The notes under the pieces were generated by a model that was not told where the DNA came from, did not search any database, and saw only the letters and a program-made list of their open reading frames with translations. The translations under genes and the position numbers were made by a program. From the human T2T-CHM13v2.0 reference genome, Homo sapiens: a DNA stretch of 64,000 nucleotides. The stretch is taken from NCBI RefSeq assembly GCF_009914755.1, contig NC_060935.1, one strand, 5' to 3'. Of the stretch, positions 1-14,175 are shown one piece after another (position 1 is the stretch's first letter; each line of letters opens with the position of its first letter).

Positions 1-1861
1 GAATAATTTATTAAGCCAAAAATATTTTTTAAAGCATCAATAAAACTGATAAACCTCTTGACGGTTTCTCCAATAAGAAAAGAAAGACAACACATTGCCA
101 ACAAGAGGAATAATATTAATATAGATGGTAAAGGGATAATAACAAAATAGCTTGAATGACTCTATGCACATTGGTTCCACTACCCAGATGAAATGGGCCA
201 ATTCCTTGAAAGACAGAAACCGCTAAAAGTCAATAAAAAATAAGTTAATAATCTATGATGCTATATTTTTTAACATAAAGTTTTAGTTAAAAATTTTTTC
301 AAACAAAAGAGAACACTGCAGAAGAAAACATTTGCTGGAGAATTTTATCAAACATTTAAGGAATAATTAGTATCAGTTGTATATCATCTTTTATGATAGC
401 AGAAGAAATACTTCCCTACTCATTTTATGAGGCCAACGTTACTCTGATACCAAGACCAGAAAACGACAATGAATGAAAAGAAAACTCGAGGCCAGTATCC
501 CTCATATGTTAAATGACTGTGAGCTACTTCAACACGTTTTATAAAATGGAATACCGCAATATATAGAGAGTATGATACACCATGGCCAAATAGTTTTACA
601 CCAGAATTCAATGCTAATTCAACATTTGAAAGCTAATCATTCGTTTCCACTATATTAGTAGACTAAATAAAGAAAAACATGATCATATCAATAGCTGCAG
701 AAAAAGCATTTGACAAAATTCAGAATCCATTTTTTGTCTTAAAAATTGAAGAACACTATGAATAGAAAAATATCTAATTTTTTTTTCTCAGATGCTATCA
801 TGCAGTGAAAGACTGAGCACTTTCCCTGCAATCCAGGTACATATGACTACTCTTGATCTCTCCTATTTATTATTGTGCTGCAAGTTCTAGAAAGTACACT
901 AAAGTAAAAAATAAATAAATGTATTCTAATTGTTAAGGGAAATAAACTGCCCTAATTTACAAATACAATGATTTTATAAGTAAAATACACCAGTGAATAC
1001 ACTAAATAGCTTTAAGAGATCATAAGTAAGTTTAGAAAGGCCAAAAAAAAATCAATCATGCACCAAAATTAAGAATTAGAAACCGAAACTTAGAAAGAAA
1101 AAAAAAAGACTACATTTTACAATATGCTTCCCATCCTAATAAAATATTTAGGTACTGATTTAGCAAAATATTTGCAAAATATATATGGTGAAATCTATAA
1201 ACACTGATGACAGAAACCAGAGAGGATGTAAATAAATGGATAATAGTTTTACTTTGTTAAAAACTGAAAGATACAGTAAGATCACTTCTCTCCAAAATGA
1301 TGTATGGAGTTAATGGAATCCCAGTCAAAATCTTCGCAGAATTCCTGATAGATACATAAACTTTATTCCAAAATTTATACGGAAATCTCAAAAACTTGAA
1401 TTGTCAAAACAATTGTTTAAATTACAATAAAGTTGGAGTTATGTGATATTAAGTCATATTATGAAGCTACAGTAATGAAGACAGTATAGTATTGACAAAA
1501 TAAAACATATAAACCTATTGAACAGTATACAGACCTTCAAATATGGCCAACTGTTTTTGACAAATGTGCAAAGACAATTATATGGAGAAGAGCAAAGTTT
1601 TCAACAAATGGTGCTGGAACAGTTGGACGTTCACATACAAAAATAATGAACCTGTAATATCATATGCAAAAAATTAACTTTAAATGGTTCATGGATTTAA
1701 CTGTAAATGTAAAACACTGAAGAAAATATAGAAAAAGTTCTTTATGACATTGGTTAAGCAGATAGTTCATAAATGCAAAATCAAAGCGTTACCCAAAAAA
1801 TAAAAAAGAAGATAAATTAGACTTTATCAAAATAAAAAAAAATGTTCTCTAAAGGACTTTA

Positions 1862-2220
<359 letters not shown>

Positions 2221-2725
2221 TTACAAATTATAATTTTGAAAAAGGAATTGTGCCCAGAATAAAGAATACAAAAAAAAATCAGCATTAGGAAAACAAACAA
2301 CCCAACAGAAATTAGTCAAACATTTGAATAGTCACTTAATTAAAGAAAATATCTGGTTGTAAAATAAGCACATAAAAAAATTCAAATTCATTAGTCACTA
2401 GGAAAATTCAAGTTAATATCATAATTTGACACCATTAAAAACTTATTCAAGTGGTTACTATAAAAATATTGGCATTTGTTACATATGGATAGCAGAGAAA
2501 AAAACAAACAAAAAGAGTTCTGACAACAAGGACTATAAGAATGAAGGATAACTGAATAGCTCCTGCATTGCTTTGCTAGAGAAATACAAATGCTACAGAC
2601 ACTAGTAAACAGTTTGAAAGTTAATTACAAACTTAAAAATACAATTCTCTTATATCTCAATAATCACATTTATAACTATTTATTCTGGAGAATGCAAAAC
2701 ATATGTTCACAGAAAACCTGAACAT

Positions 2726-2922
2726 CTGGGGGTAATTTTCACCCAATGAGAGATTGTCTGGAAACATTTTTGGCTTTTCCATCTGGAGAGGAGGGTGCTA
2801 CCGGCATCTAGTGTGTACAAGACAGGGATCCTACTAAACATCCTGTAGTGCACAAAACTGTTCCCCATAGCAAAGAGCTATCCAGCCCAAATTATCAATA
2901 ATGCTGACATTGAGAAACCCTG
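2726..2922 (+). mobile_element. MER20 (hAT-Charlie) inserted in the L1
   Basis: MER20 body (gtgctaccggcatctagtg...ttgagaaaccctg). 8-bp TSD ctgaacat (2718-2725) / ctgtacat (2923-2930). Confidence 0.85.
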
Positions 2923-3910
2923 CTGTACATACAAGCTTATAACAGCATTAATTGTAACCACTAAAAACTAGAAACAATGTAAATGTCCCTTAATGACTAA
3001 CTTGATAAATTTTGACATATACATATAAAGGAATATTCTCTGAAATAAGAAGGAACAAACTGTTCCTACACATGCAACAACTTAGATAAATATCAAATGT
3101 TTTATGCTAAGTGAAAGATGACAGACTCAAAATGTTATATACTGTATGATTCCATTCACTTGATATACTGATAAAGGTAAAGCTTTAATGATAGTGAAAC
3201 TTTTTGTGGTTTCCAGGGATTAGGGCTCGAAGTTGAGTCTATCATGAAGAAATCATTAGGGGTGCTAGAATTATTCTGCCTTATGTTAGTGGTATTGGTT
3301 ACATGAATCTGTGAGTGTTAAAACTCATGGGATTCTATACCCAAACAGAGACTTTTACTACAGGCAACTTAAAAAAAAAAGTAAGTTTATTAATGCAATT
3401 CCTGTAATTCAGTTTTATTGTTAGAAATATTATATTAGCAGTTTCCTGTAAGCATCCCATAGCTTCACAAAAGCTTTCATTCATTGTGATATGATTGTTA
3501 TATGCTAGATGCTTATATACATTATCTAATTCAACTCCCACAACACTGTAAGGAATATGTAATTCTGATTTTACAACTGGACAAATAGTTATTTGTACAG
3601 TACTAACTGGGGGTGGTAGAATATAAATCATGCCAGTAAATTATAATTTTACTGTTATTTTCAGTTATTTTTCTGAGATATTAAATTTTAATTCTCAAAG
3701 GCTATATATCTACCTTTCTTTTAACTAAAAAGCACACAGAAAGAATAATGGTGAGCATAGCATTTGCATTTTCTTCATTCTTCTGACTTTTGATTCTGTA
3801 CTTGGTATTGTTTAAAATTTTTTTCAAGTGTTCATCTTTTTATTAAAAATCTCATATTGTTATGACTATCAGGAAAAGCTGTAATTGGTTAACAAATCAT
3901 TGTTAACACA

Positions 3911-5483
3911 TGATATGGTTTGGCTGTGTCCCCACCCAAATCTCAACTTGAAGTGTATCTCCCAGAATTCCCATGTGTTGTGGGAGGGACCCAGAGGGAG
4001 GTAATTGAATCATGGGGGCTGGTTTTTCCTGTGCTATTCTCGTGATAGTCAATAAGTCTCACAATATCTGATGGATTTTTCAGGGGTTTCTCCTTTTGCG
4101 TCTTTCTCATTTCTTTTGCTGCCACCGTGTAAGAAGTGCCTTTTGCCTCCTGCCATGATTCTGAGGCCTCCCCAGTCATGTGGAACTGTAAGTCCAATAC
4201 AACTTATTTTTATTCCCAGTTTTTGGTATGTTTTTATCAGAAGTGTGGAAACAAACTAATAACAGTAAATTGGTACCAGTAGCATGGGGCATTGCTGAAA
4301 AGATACCCAAAAATGTGGAAATGACTTTGGAACTGGGTAATAGGCAGAGTTTGGAATAGTTTGGAGGGCTCAGAAGAAGACAGGAAAATGTGGGAAAGTT
4401 TGGAACCTCCTAGAGACTTGTTGAATGCCTTTGTCAAAAATGCTGATAGTGATATGAACAATAAGGTCCAGGCTGAGGTGGTCTCAGATGGAGATGAAGA
4501 ACTTGCTGGGAACTGGAGCAAAGGTGACTCTCGTTATGTTTTAGCAAAGAGACTGGCAGCATTTTGCCCCTGCCCTAGAGATTTGTGGAACTTTGAACTT
4601 GAGAGAGATGATTTAGGGTATCTGGTGGAAGAAATTTCTAAGCAGCAAAGCATTCAAAAGGTGACTTGAGTGCTGTTAAAAGCCTCCCATTTTAAATGGG
4701 AAACAGATCATAAAAGTTCAGAAACTTTGCAGCCTGATGTAGTAGTAGAAAAGAAAAACTCATTTATTTGAGGAGAAATTCATGCCAGCTGCAGAAATTT
4801 GCATAAGTAATCATGAGCCTAATGTTAAAGCTCAAGACCATAAGGAAAATGTCTCCAGGCCATGTCAGAGACCTTCACAGCAGCCCCTCCCATCACAGGC
4901 CTGGAAGCCCAGAAGGAAAAAGTGGTTTTGTGGGCTGAGCCCAGGGTCCCAAGCTGTGTGCAGCCTAGGGACTTGGTGCCCTGTGTCCCAGCCACTCCAA
5001 CCATGGCTGAAAGGGGCCAATATAGAGCTCAGGCTGTGGCTACAGAGGGTGGAAGCCCCAAGCCGTGGCAGCTTCCATGTGATGTTGAGCCTGTGGGTGG
5101 ACATAAGTCAAGAATTGAGATATGGAGGGGCCAGGGGCAGAATGATATGGTTTAGCTGTGTCCCCACCCAAATGTCAACTTGAATTGTATCTTCCAGATT
5201 TCTCACATGTTGTGGGAGGGACCCAGGGGGAGGTAATTGAATCATGGGGGCTGTATTTTCTTGATAGTGAATAAGCCTCATGAGATCTGATGGGTTTATC
5301 AGGGATTTCCGCTTTTGCTTTTTCCTCAAATTTCTCTTGCTGCCGCCATGTAAAAAGTGCCTCTTGCCTCCGCCATGATTCTGAGGCCTCCCCAAACACG
5401 TGGAACTGTAAGTCCAATTAAACCTCTTTTTGTTTCCAGTTTTGGGTATGTCTTTATCAGCACCATGAAAGCAAACTAATACA
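3911..5483 (+). mobile_element. THE1A-like MaLR provirus: 5'LTR 3911-4264, shortened internal region, 3'LTR 5143-5483
   Basis: Both LTRs start tgatatggttt and end in ...aca. Polypurine tract ggaggggccaggggcagaa precedes the 3'LTR. Perfect 5-bp TSD acaca (3906-3910, 5484-5488). ORF 4361-4669 is THE1-int derived. Confidence 0.95.
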
Positions 5484-6509
5484 ACACATAATTTTGTTTT
5501 TGTTTTTTTCAATCTAATGAGGAATACTTCATATTTTTACTCACATTTTAGAGTTTCTTTGTGTGTATCCACAAGTTTCCTCCCAAGATTTCTTGGCCTT
5601 GAACAATCTCTGACCAATGAAGTGTTTTCATTTATCTTTACTACCTATAATAGGAAATATTTCACTTATGAATCTCTTTATCATTGTATTTATAGATAGC
5701 ATCTTTTTATTTCATTTCTCAATAATAACAGACAGATTGTGAAGGAGAAGCTGTGGAATTCTAAGCATCCTGACTGACTGTGCTCCTTCTCTCGTATATA
5801 ATGAAGCACATCTAGATCTCAGTGCTGTTATGCAAGATGTTGGTACTTTGGCTTTTTACAAAAACTGTCTTCGGAATGATTTCACTGAAGCATTTCTTCA
5901 CCTAATCCCATTTGATACTACATGTATTAAATATGCAGTATTTTATTAGGGATAATGAAATAATACTTCAGAATGATTTTTTTTGCATTTAGAAGCAAAG
6001 CTTTTGCAATTAGATCTTATTTTTAAGAATAATATCAACAAGCACATAGCATGCTTCATATATGTATTTTTTAATTGAAGATAGCTGCTTTTTTCAAATA
6101 GAGCTGTTAATGCTCTTCGATATTATTATTATTATTAAGTATTCTTTCAAACTAAAATTTAAAATGCACAATTTGCCTAGATGCTCTGAATTATGCATTT
6201 TTGATATAACAGTAGTAAGCCATTTTTATAAGTACAAATCCTCCGATAATAAATTTCTCACACGGGGCAGGGGTTCTCAGTGGATAGTATTCAAACTTTG
6301 GTGCACTACTGTGGTGGGAAGACCTTCAATAAGCGCAAAGTATACTTTAGAAAGTATACACTCTAGGGTAGATTAAGGTTACTTGTGTGAGAATATTAAT
6401 TCTAAATGAATCCTATAAACTTATTTCTCTAAAGTCTCTGATTGATGTAAGAATCTTGTGATAAGGAAAAGACACTAAATTGACTCTAGCCATGTTGGAG
6501 GTGGCATTA

Positions 6510-6940
6510 CATTTGTGGCAGCATAACAGAATGTTTAAAAGCATGGTTAGAATGGTGGCAATCCTAGTTCAAACCTGGCTCCGTGGCAAATTACCTGGGT
6601 TATTGTAAAGTAAACTGTGAACCTGTTGTCTCCTCAATTCATCTACTTCTTTTTATGTAGCCTATGGTGTCATTCATTTTTATAGCAGCTGTAACATACA
6701 TAAAACTCATTAATTTACCATAGGCTGTAAGATTGCAGGCCCTGGGGAAAAAAACTATGTGCATTAGAATCCTAGATCCAACTTACTAGAAGTGTAAACT
6801 TCAGCAGATACACTTAGCTTCTATTTCCTAATCTGTAAGATAAACATAACAGATCTACCACATATAGTACACAAACTAATATAAATCACATATTCAGTAC
6901 CAGGTAGATAGAATTATTCAAGAAATAAGATAAAGTGATG
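6510..6940 (+). mobile_element. MIR fragments
   Basis: Degenerate MIR-like motifs (cctagttcaaacctggctcc; tttcctaatctgtaagat). Confidence 0.5.
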
Positions 6941-7327
6941 ATGACAACATTTATATCATGCTACATAAGTGCCATCCTCTCTGTGTGAGAATTTGCTTCT
7001 GTACCTGAGGGAACAAGATTATATTTGTACCCACAAATACCATCTTGTATATTTTAGCTTATTATTCAACATTTTTTGGATATTTTGGGGTCTTGATTCT
7101 GTACCTTGGTTGTGTCATATCTACCACATATGTGATGAATAGTGCCTTCATTTAGGGTAATATTAATACCATGTAACAATACATATCTGAGTACCAAACT
7201 CTAGGGGCAAGTTAGTAAAATTCACCATTTAAGAAAATATTGGTTTATTAGAGATATTGTATTAATAGAGATTTTTCTAAATATTGGATAGTCACATACC
7301 TAAGTATTATGTAAAATTAAGTTCTCA

Positions 7328-7495
7328 AGCTGGGCAAGGTATTGCATGCCTTTAATTCCAGCTACTTGGGGTGAGAAGGTGAGGAGTTGAGGCAGGAGGA
7401 TTGCTTGAGTCCAGCAGTTTGAGGCTAGCCTGGGCAGCATATCAAGACCTTCATCTCAAATAGAATGAAATAAAATAAAATGAGATAAAATAAAT
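7328..7495 (+). mobile_element. FLAM (free left Alu monomer)
   Basis: Single Alu arm (ggaggattgcttgagtccagcagtttgaggctagcctgggc) with a (taaaa)n tail. Confidence 0.85.
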
Positions 7496-7544
7496 TGCAG
7501 TTCTTCCTGCAGAGCATAGAATATAAACAAGATAATCAAATGCC

Positions 7545-8856
7545 TTTTTTAATGTTTAATTTTTGTGGGTACATAGTAGGTATAGTAGGTATATGTATTT
7601 ATGGAGTTTGTGAGATATTTTGATACAATAATGAAATGTGCAATAATCACATCATGGAAAATAGAATATCCATTTCTTCTAACATTTATCCTTTGTGTTA
7701 CAAACAATCCAGTTATACTCTTTTAGTTATTTTTAAATGTACAAATAATTTATTTTTACTATAATCACCTTGTGCTATCAAATACTTGATCTTATTCATT
7801 CTTTCTAACTTTTCTTACCCATTAACCATTCTCATCAATCCCCGACCCCAGCGCTACCCTTCTCAGACTGTGGTTACCATCTTTCTACTCTCTATCTCCA
7901 TGAGTTTAATTGTTTTGATTTTTAGATCCTGCAAATAAGTGAGAATATGTGATGTTTTTCTTTCTGTGTCTGGCTTATTTCACTTAACATAATGACTTCC
8001 AGTTCCATCCATGTTGTTGCAAATGACAGGATCTCATTATCCTTTATGGATGAATAGTATTCCATTATATATATGTACCATATTTTCTTTATCCATTCAT
8101 CAGTTGACAGACACATAGGCTGCTTCCAAATCTTGGCTATTGTGAAGAATGCAGCAACACACATAGGAATGGAGATATGTCTTCAACATACTGATTTCCT
8201 TTTTTGGATATATACCCAGCAGCAGGATTGCTGGGTCATATGGTAGCTCTATTTATAGTTTTTTGAGGAGCCTCCAAACTCTTCTCCATAGTAATTGTAC
8301 TAATTTACATTCCCACCAACAGTGTATGAAGATTCTCTTTTCTCCCTATCCTCTCCAGTTACTGCCTGTCTTTTGGTTATAAGCCATTTTAACTGGGATG
8401 AGATGACATCTTATTGTAGTTTTGATTTTCATTTATGTGATGATCAGTGATGTTAAGCACATTTTTATATACCTGTTTTTCATTTGTATGTCTTCTTTGA
8501 GAAATCTTTTCAGATCTTTTGTCCATTTTTAATCAGATTATTAGGTTTTTTCCCTATAGAGTAGTTTGAGCTCCTTATATATTCTGGTTATTAAACCCTT
8601 GTCAGATGGGTAGTTTGCAAGGATTTTCTTCCATTATGTGGGTTATCTGTTTGCTTTGTTGATTGTTTCTTTTGCTGCGCAGAAAAACTTTTTAACTTGA
8701 TGTGATCCCACTTATCCATTTTTGCTTTGATTGCCTGTTCCTGTAGGTGCTTGTAGGGTATTTTACTCAGGAAATTTTTGCCCAGAAAAATGTCCTAGAG
8801 ATTTTCCCCATTGTTTTCTTCGAGTAGTTTCACAGTTTCAGGTCTTAAATTTAAGT
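7545..8856 (-). mobile_element. 5'-truncated L1 (L1MA-type 3' end)
   Basis: Antisense L1 3'UTR (tttttgtgggtacatagtagg...). ORF 7922-8164 resembles the L1 ORF2 C-terminus (WIKKIWYIYIMEYY). Confidence 0.92.
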
Positions 8857-9979
8857 CAAAGTTCTGGCTTCCTCTGACCAAGTGGCTAAAACCACTGAAC
8901 TCCATTGGCACACTGTTTAGAACTAGGGAACAGTAAAAATGATGGTACATTTGCTTGTATTCTTGGCCTTATATACATTATTTGCATTCCTTGTACACTG
9001 TTTAGATAGTAAAATGACAGGAAAACAAGCTTAAACCTTACCTAACTGGTCATTCTTGCTAAAGGTCTAACCCAGACCCACCTCTGTGGTCTTGCCTACC
9101 TCTTCATGATATTTGAAATTACGACTCTTGAAGGAAATTATGTAGAATCTGAAAACAATAAGCTTAAGAAAAAAACTCTATATTGTGTGATATTATTAAT
9201 TTTAGAACTTGGATATTAAGTATTTATTGAGAACTTTGGTAGGCCTGGAGGTATGTCATCTGGATTTCCTCTAAGATACCTGTAAGAGAACTTTTGTGAG
9301 AATTAAACAACATAAAATATGTCAAGTCCTGTAATAACTACCAATTAGTTCTTGGAACTTTACCTGAGCCTCTTATTTAACTTTATTCTCATAATACACT
9401 GTAGCTAAGTAGGCTTTGAAATGGTGTTTCTTTGAAAATCCAAAAAGGTAGATACAGGTCTGGAACCCAGGACTGCAAATCTTTTCCTTGCACCAGTAGA
9501 TCTTACAGGATCTAAGGCAAACGTATATGAACTTTGGCTTTATTTTTACTGCAAGTTAATGCTGGAAAAACAGGGCAATTTTTCACAGAGAGAACATCCT
9601 AATAATATCAGTTTAGTACAAAATAGCGGCATCTTAGTGAACCTTGTATTTTTCCTTTTTGTTGCAGTTGTTGCTAGAAAACATAATCGGAAGGTAGCTA
9701 TTCTTTTACCATTATTGATTTTTTTGCACTTTCATTATTTGGGATCAGGTAAATGCTGGTTTCTTTTGTGGGTTTACAGAAAGAACATATCAAACAGAGA
9801 GTTAAGGCTCCCAAAGAGACCAGCTGTAAAGAGAATACTTCAATGGTGGTGAATAAACAGATAAATATCTAATGGGGTAACATCATACCTATTTGTTCCA
9901 TTTGATCACTTGTTCTTTGTTGTAACAGAAGCTTGATGTATTTTTTTTCAGAAAGCCTGAACCTGGCTGATGTGCTTTG

Positions 9980-10260
9980 TATGTGGTAGAATCATATAGT
10001 AAAAAGACCAAATGCTTTGAAATTACACTCATTTAGGTTTAAATGTATGCTGTATCTTTTTTCCCCCCCATGGGGTTATAGGTATTTTTAAACTCCACGA
10101 GTGTCAGTTATTTTTTCTTCTTAATAAAAATAGATGATCATAGTGCCTACTTCATAGAGTTGATATATAGATTAAATGAGATAATTATGCAAAATATCAA
10201 ATACTCTTCTGGATGCCTTATAAAGACTTAAGCAAGTTCTTACTAATGAACTATTATTCT
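9980..10260 (+). mobile_element. MIR
   Basis: MIR core tagtgcctacttcatagagttg...attaaatgagataat. Confidence 0.7.
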
Positions 10261-10269
10261 GTTAAACAA

Positions 10270-11000
10270 ATCTATTTATTCACTCTATCAATTAAATATT
10301 TGTTAATTATTCCTATGTGTCAGATGATACTCTAGATGCCAGTAGTCCAGTGGTAAAGAAAGTTCTTGTTCACAAATAAATACATGACAACATGTGATAC
10401 AAAAAATTAAGCAGCTTAAGTGCTTAGAGATTGCAAAGTGGTATTATTTTACATAGGGTAGTCAGGCAGATGTCTCTGAAGGTGTGACATTTGAACCACG
10501 AACTAAAAGACACAAGGGAGCAAGCCAAGCAAATAGTGAGAGAAGGAGTGTAAGAGCAGAGAAAAAAGCAAGGCAAAGCCTAGAGATCATAGTGTGCTGC
10601 AAATGATTGAAAACCAGAATGTGGAGAGAGTGAACAGAGTGGTAGGAAATGCTGTGGAAGAGGTAGTGTGGGGAGGAGCCTTGAGAGCCAAGTTAAGGAA
10701 CTTATTCCAAATGTGATGAAGAGAGGCCCTTGGGGAATTTTGAGCAGAGGGCTACCAAACCTGCCTTACATTTTTAAATTCTTGGTTTGAGAACAGCCTA
10801 TAGAAAGGTGAGAGTGAAAGCAGGGAGGCAAGGTGGGGGCCTGGAAGTTTCAAGGAAATAGATAACGAAACTTTGGTCTGGTGGCAGTAATAAACCTTGG
10901 TAGAAATGATGAGATTCTGAATAATTTTGGAAGCAAAGTGGAGAATAATTATCTGACAGATTGAATGTGTGTTTTGAGATAAAATTAACCATGAAATCTT
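10270..11000 (-). mobile_element. L2 3' fragment
   Basis: Antisense L2 3' end (tttattcactc...cctatgtgtcagatgatactctagatgc) followed by purine-rich L2 body. Confidence 0.75.
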
Positions 11001-11909
11001 GTGTTTATCTTTTGAACTTTTCTTGTATTTATTTTTTGCATGAAACATGCAACTGTTGAAAAGGCAATACAATGAATCTGATTTATGCACTATTCACCTC
11101 CATAACTTGAAAACATAGCCAAGCTTGTTCCAGATACCCCTTGTCTCTTCCTTTGAATTGCTTTGATGCAAATTCCAGATATCTCCTTACTGATCTATAA
11201 ATACTTCAATACATATTCTAAAGTATAAGAACTCCTTAAATTTTTTAATTGCAATATCATTATCTCACTAAATTAACAATAACAAAATCAAAATTCATTT
11301 GGTGTTTGTATTTCTCTGAATGACTTACAATGTGTTTTTGCTTATGTGTATTTGAATAAAAATCTAGGAAAATCTATACATTGTAATCTATTGATATGCC
11401 TGATAAGTTTCTTTTGATTTGAGAATACTCTTCTCTCTCTCTTTTTTCTTTTCTTTTTCTATTTGAAATTAATGTCTACATATCCTGTAAATTGATAATA
11501 CTAATTGATTTTTTTTTGCTTTTAGGGGACTAGGCTACTATAGAGATTGTGTGATGTATTACCATCATGTGATAACCAATGTCTTGTTCTCTCTGTTTTT
11601 GTAACAGTTATAATTATTAGTTACTAATTATAACTGTATGATTCACTAATTTGAAAATTCAAATTTCTTCTTCAGTTTTGGCTGGAATACTACTGTAAAG
11701 AGATTCTTTCTCTCATCAACATTTTGATTACACAAGAGTACAGATAAGTATTGCAATCTTTCCTTTTATTAAATGTCCTCTGAAAGTGACCAGTGAGGCA
11801 TATATTTGTTTGTTTGCTTGAATCTTTATGAACTTATGGATTTAAATCTATTTGATATTTAAATTGTCCTGACTTTGACCAGTGAGAGTTTATTTGATTT
11901 GGCGTTTGA

Positions 11910-12082
11910 GCCATTGATTGGATGATGCTCAACTACACTGAGGAGAGCAAACCACTTTACTGAGTTCACCTATTCAGATGCTAATCTCATCCAGAAACAT
12001 CCTCATAGACAAACCCAGAAATAATGTTTAACTTGGGCATTCTCTGATCCTGTTTAATTGAAACATAACATTAACTATCACA
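11910..12082 (-). mobile_element. MLT2 (ERV-L) LTR fragment
   Basis: gatgctaatctcatccagaaacatcctcatagac...cataacattaactatcaca, the antisense 5' end of an MLT2 LTR. Lies within old L1M-like sequence. Confidence 0.75.
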
Positions 12083-12332
12083 ATATATTAATTTTTTACT
12101 TTATCTCTTTTTAACCACTCTAAAACATTCAATTCTTAAAGATATAAATGTCATTACTTCACTGATATTTCCACTGTGCGTGTGTACCTGGGCATGTGTG
12201 TGCATGTGGATGCACAAACAAAATAATTGTCTTAGAATAAAAGTATAAACATCACCCCACCATAGATATAATTGCCAAGAGCAGTTTAAGATATTTTAGC
12301 TTTTCTCTTTGTGCTTAAGGAAGATATAGTTA

Positions 12333-12337
<5 letters not shown>

Positions 12338-12376
<39 letters not shown>
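12338..12376. repeat. (TA)n microsatellite abutting an Alu tail
   Basis: About 19 perfect TA units. Confidence 0.95.
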
Positions 12377-12392
<16 letters not shown>

Positions 12393-12673
12393 GAGATGGA
12401 GTCTTGCTCTGTTGCCCAGGCTGGAGTGTAGCGGCATGATCTCAGCTCACTGCAACCTCCGCCTCCCGGGTTGAAGTGATTCTCCTGCCTTAGCCTCCTG
12501 AGTAGCTGGGATTACAGGCACCCACCAACATGCCTGGCTAATTTTTTGTATTTTTAGTGGAGACGGTATTTCACTATGTTGGCCAGGCTGGTCTCGAACT
12601 CCTGACCTTGTGATCCGCCCGCCTCAGCCTCCCAAAGTACTGGGATTACAGGCATGAGCCATCATGCCCAGCC
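12377..12673 (-). mobile_element. AluS (Sg/Sc-like)
   Basis: Antisense full-length Alu with the cctgaccttgtgatcc variant. Confidence 0.95.
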
Positions 12674-12777
12674 AAATAATTGTTTTTAATGATCACTTGG
12701 AATATTTCTCTGTGTATATATTATGCTACCAAATGAACACAAATTATGTTCATTTGTTTAATTTCCCTTTTTTTTAA

Positions 12778-13149
<372 letters not shown>

Positions 13150-13165
13150 TAAAATATACATAGTC

Positions 13166-13450
13166 TGTCTTAGTCTGTTCCAGACTGCTATAACAAAATA
13201 CATTTGATTTATAAATAATAGACATTTATTCATCACAGTCTTAGAGACAGGGAATTGAGGGAATTGCAAGATGAAGGTGCTGGCACACTTGGTGGCTGGG
13301 GAAGGCTTGCTGTTTGCTTCACAGGTGCTGTTTTGTTGCTGTGTCTTCACGGGAAAGCAAGGCAATAAGGGGGGAGAAAAAGAATCCCTCAGGCCTTGTT
13401 ATAAAGTCACTAATTCCATTCATGAGGGGAGAGCCTTCATGACCTGATCA
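13166..13450 (-). mobile_element. MaLR LTR fragment (MLT1A/MST-like)
   Basis: tgtcttagtctgttccagactgctataacaaaatac...cactaattccattcatgaggg. Confidence 0.8.
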
Positions 13451-14175
13451 AGTGTTTGTCCAGGCTACTTAACAAATTTGTTTTTGTTATTTATCCCCTC
13501 TCTTTATAAAGAAATTTATTTAATTAAAATTAGATAATTTCCTCCATTTTATAAAAATTCTACAGTTAAAAATACTTTATTCCTATTATCTTTTACTACA
13601 GAATCCTTTTTTCCCTCCCCCAAGGTCACCAATAATTGTCATCAATAATTTCTGTGTTGCCAAATTGAATAGTCTCAAACAGGCCTCACCTACTTCAAGT
13701 TTTCTGCAGCATTTGATAATTTTTTGTGTGTGTTTTTGTTTTTTAATATTTCCTACATTTGGCACCTGTCAAAACTGGAGAGTGGATAAATAACAGAAGC
13801 AAATTTCCTAGGTAGCCTGTAGGTGCTGGGATCCAGTTTTTTTTTTTTTTTGGAGAGAATTGACCTCAAAAAGGAGCACAAACTTTTATCCATGGAAGGA
13901 AGAAAGATTACATAGGTATAAATACAAATAGGTTTACATGTGTTGTGGTTGAAGTGGTTTGAAATTACATTCTTATTGTACCTACTTTCTAGTGAAATAT
14001 GAAGATTATATTGTTATGAGAACTAAGAAGTTTGAGTGTAAGAAAGCATTATGAGAGGTTAGAGAAGGTAAAAGGAAGTATAAAATACACAACCAAATGA
14101 GTGGAAGAGTAGACCGACCAGAAGAATATACAGAAACATATATGTTTGGTGTTTGTAGCCGTGTTTGAAGTGAAC

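Noticed and set aside
4361-5183. ORFs of 97-133 aa as novel proteins
   Set aside because: They lie entirely within THE1 internal and LTR sequence.
6337-6348. 12-bp palindrome aaagtatacttt (also cactgtacagtg at about 27336)
   Set aside because: Several palindromes of this size are expected at random.
9781-9872. Plus-strand frame KEHIKQRVKAPKETSCKENTSMV after a tttacag acceptor
   Set aside because: The polypyrimidine tract and donor are weak, I recognise no protein, and there are no partner exons.
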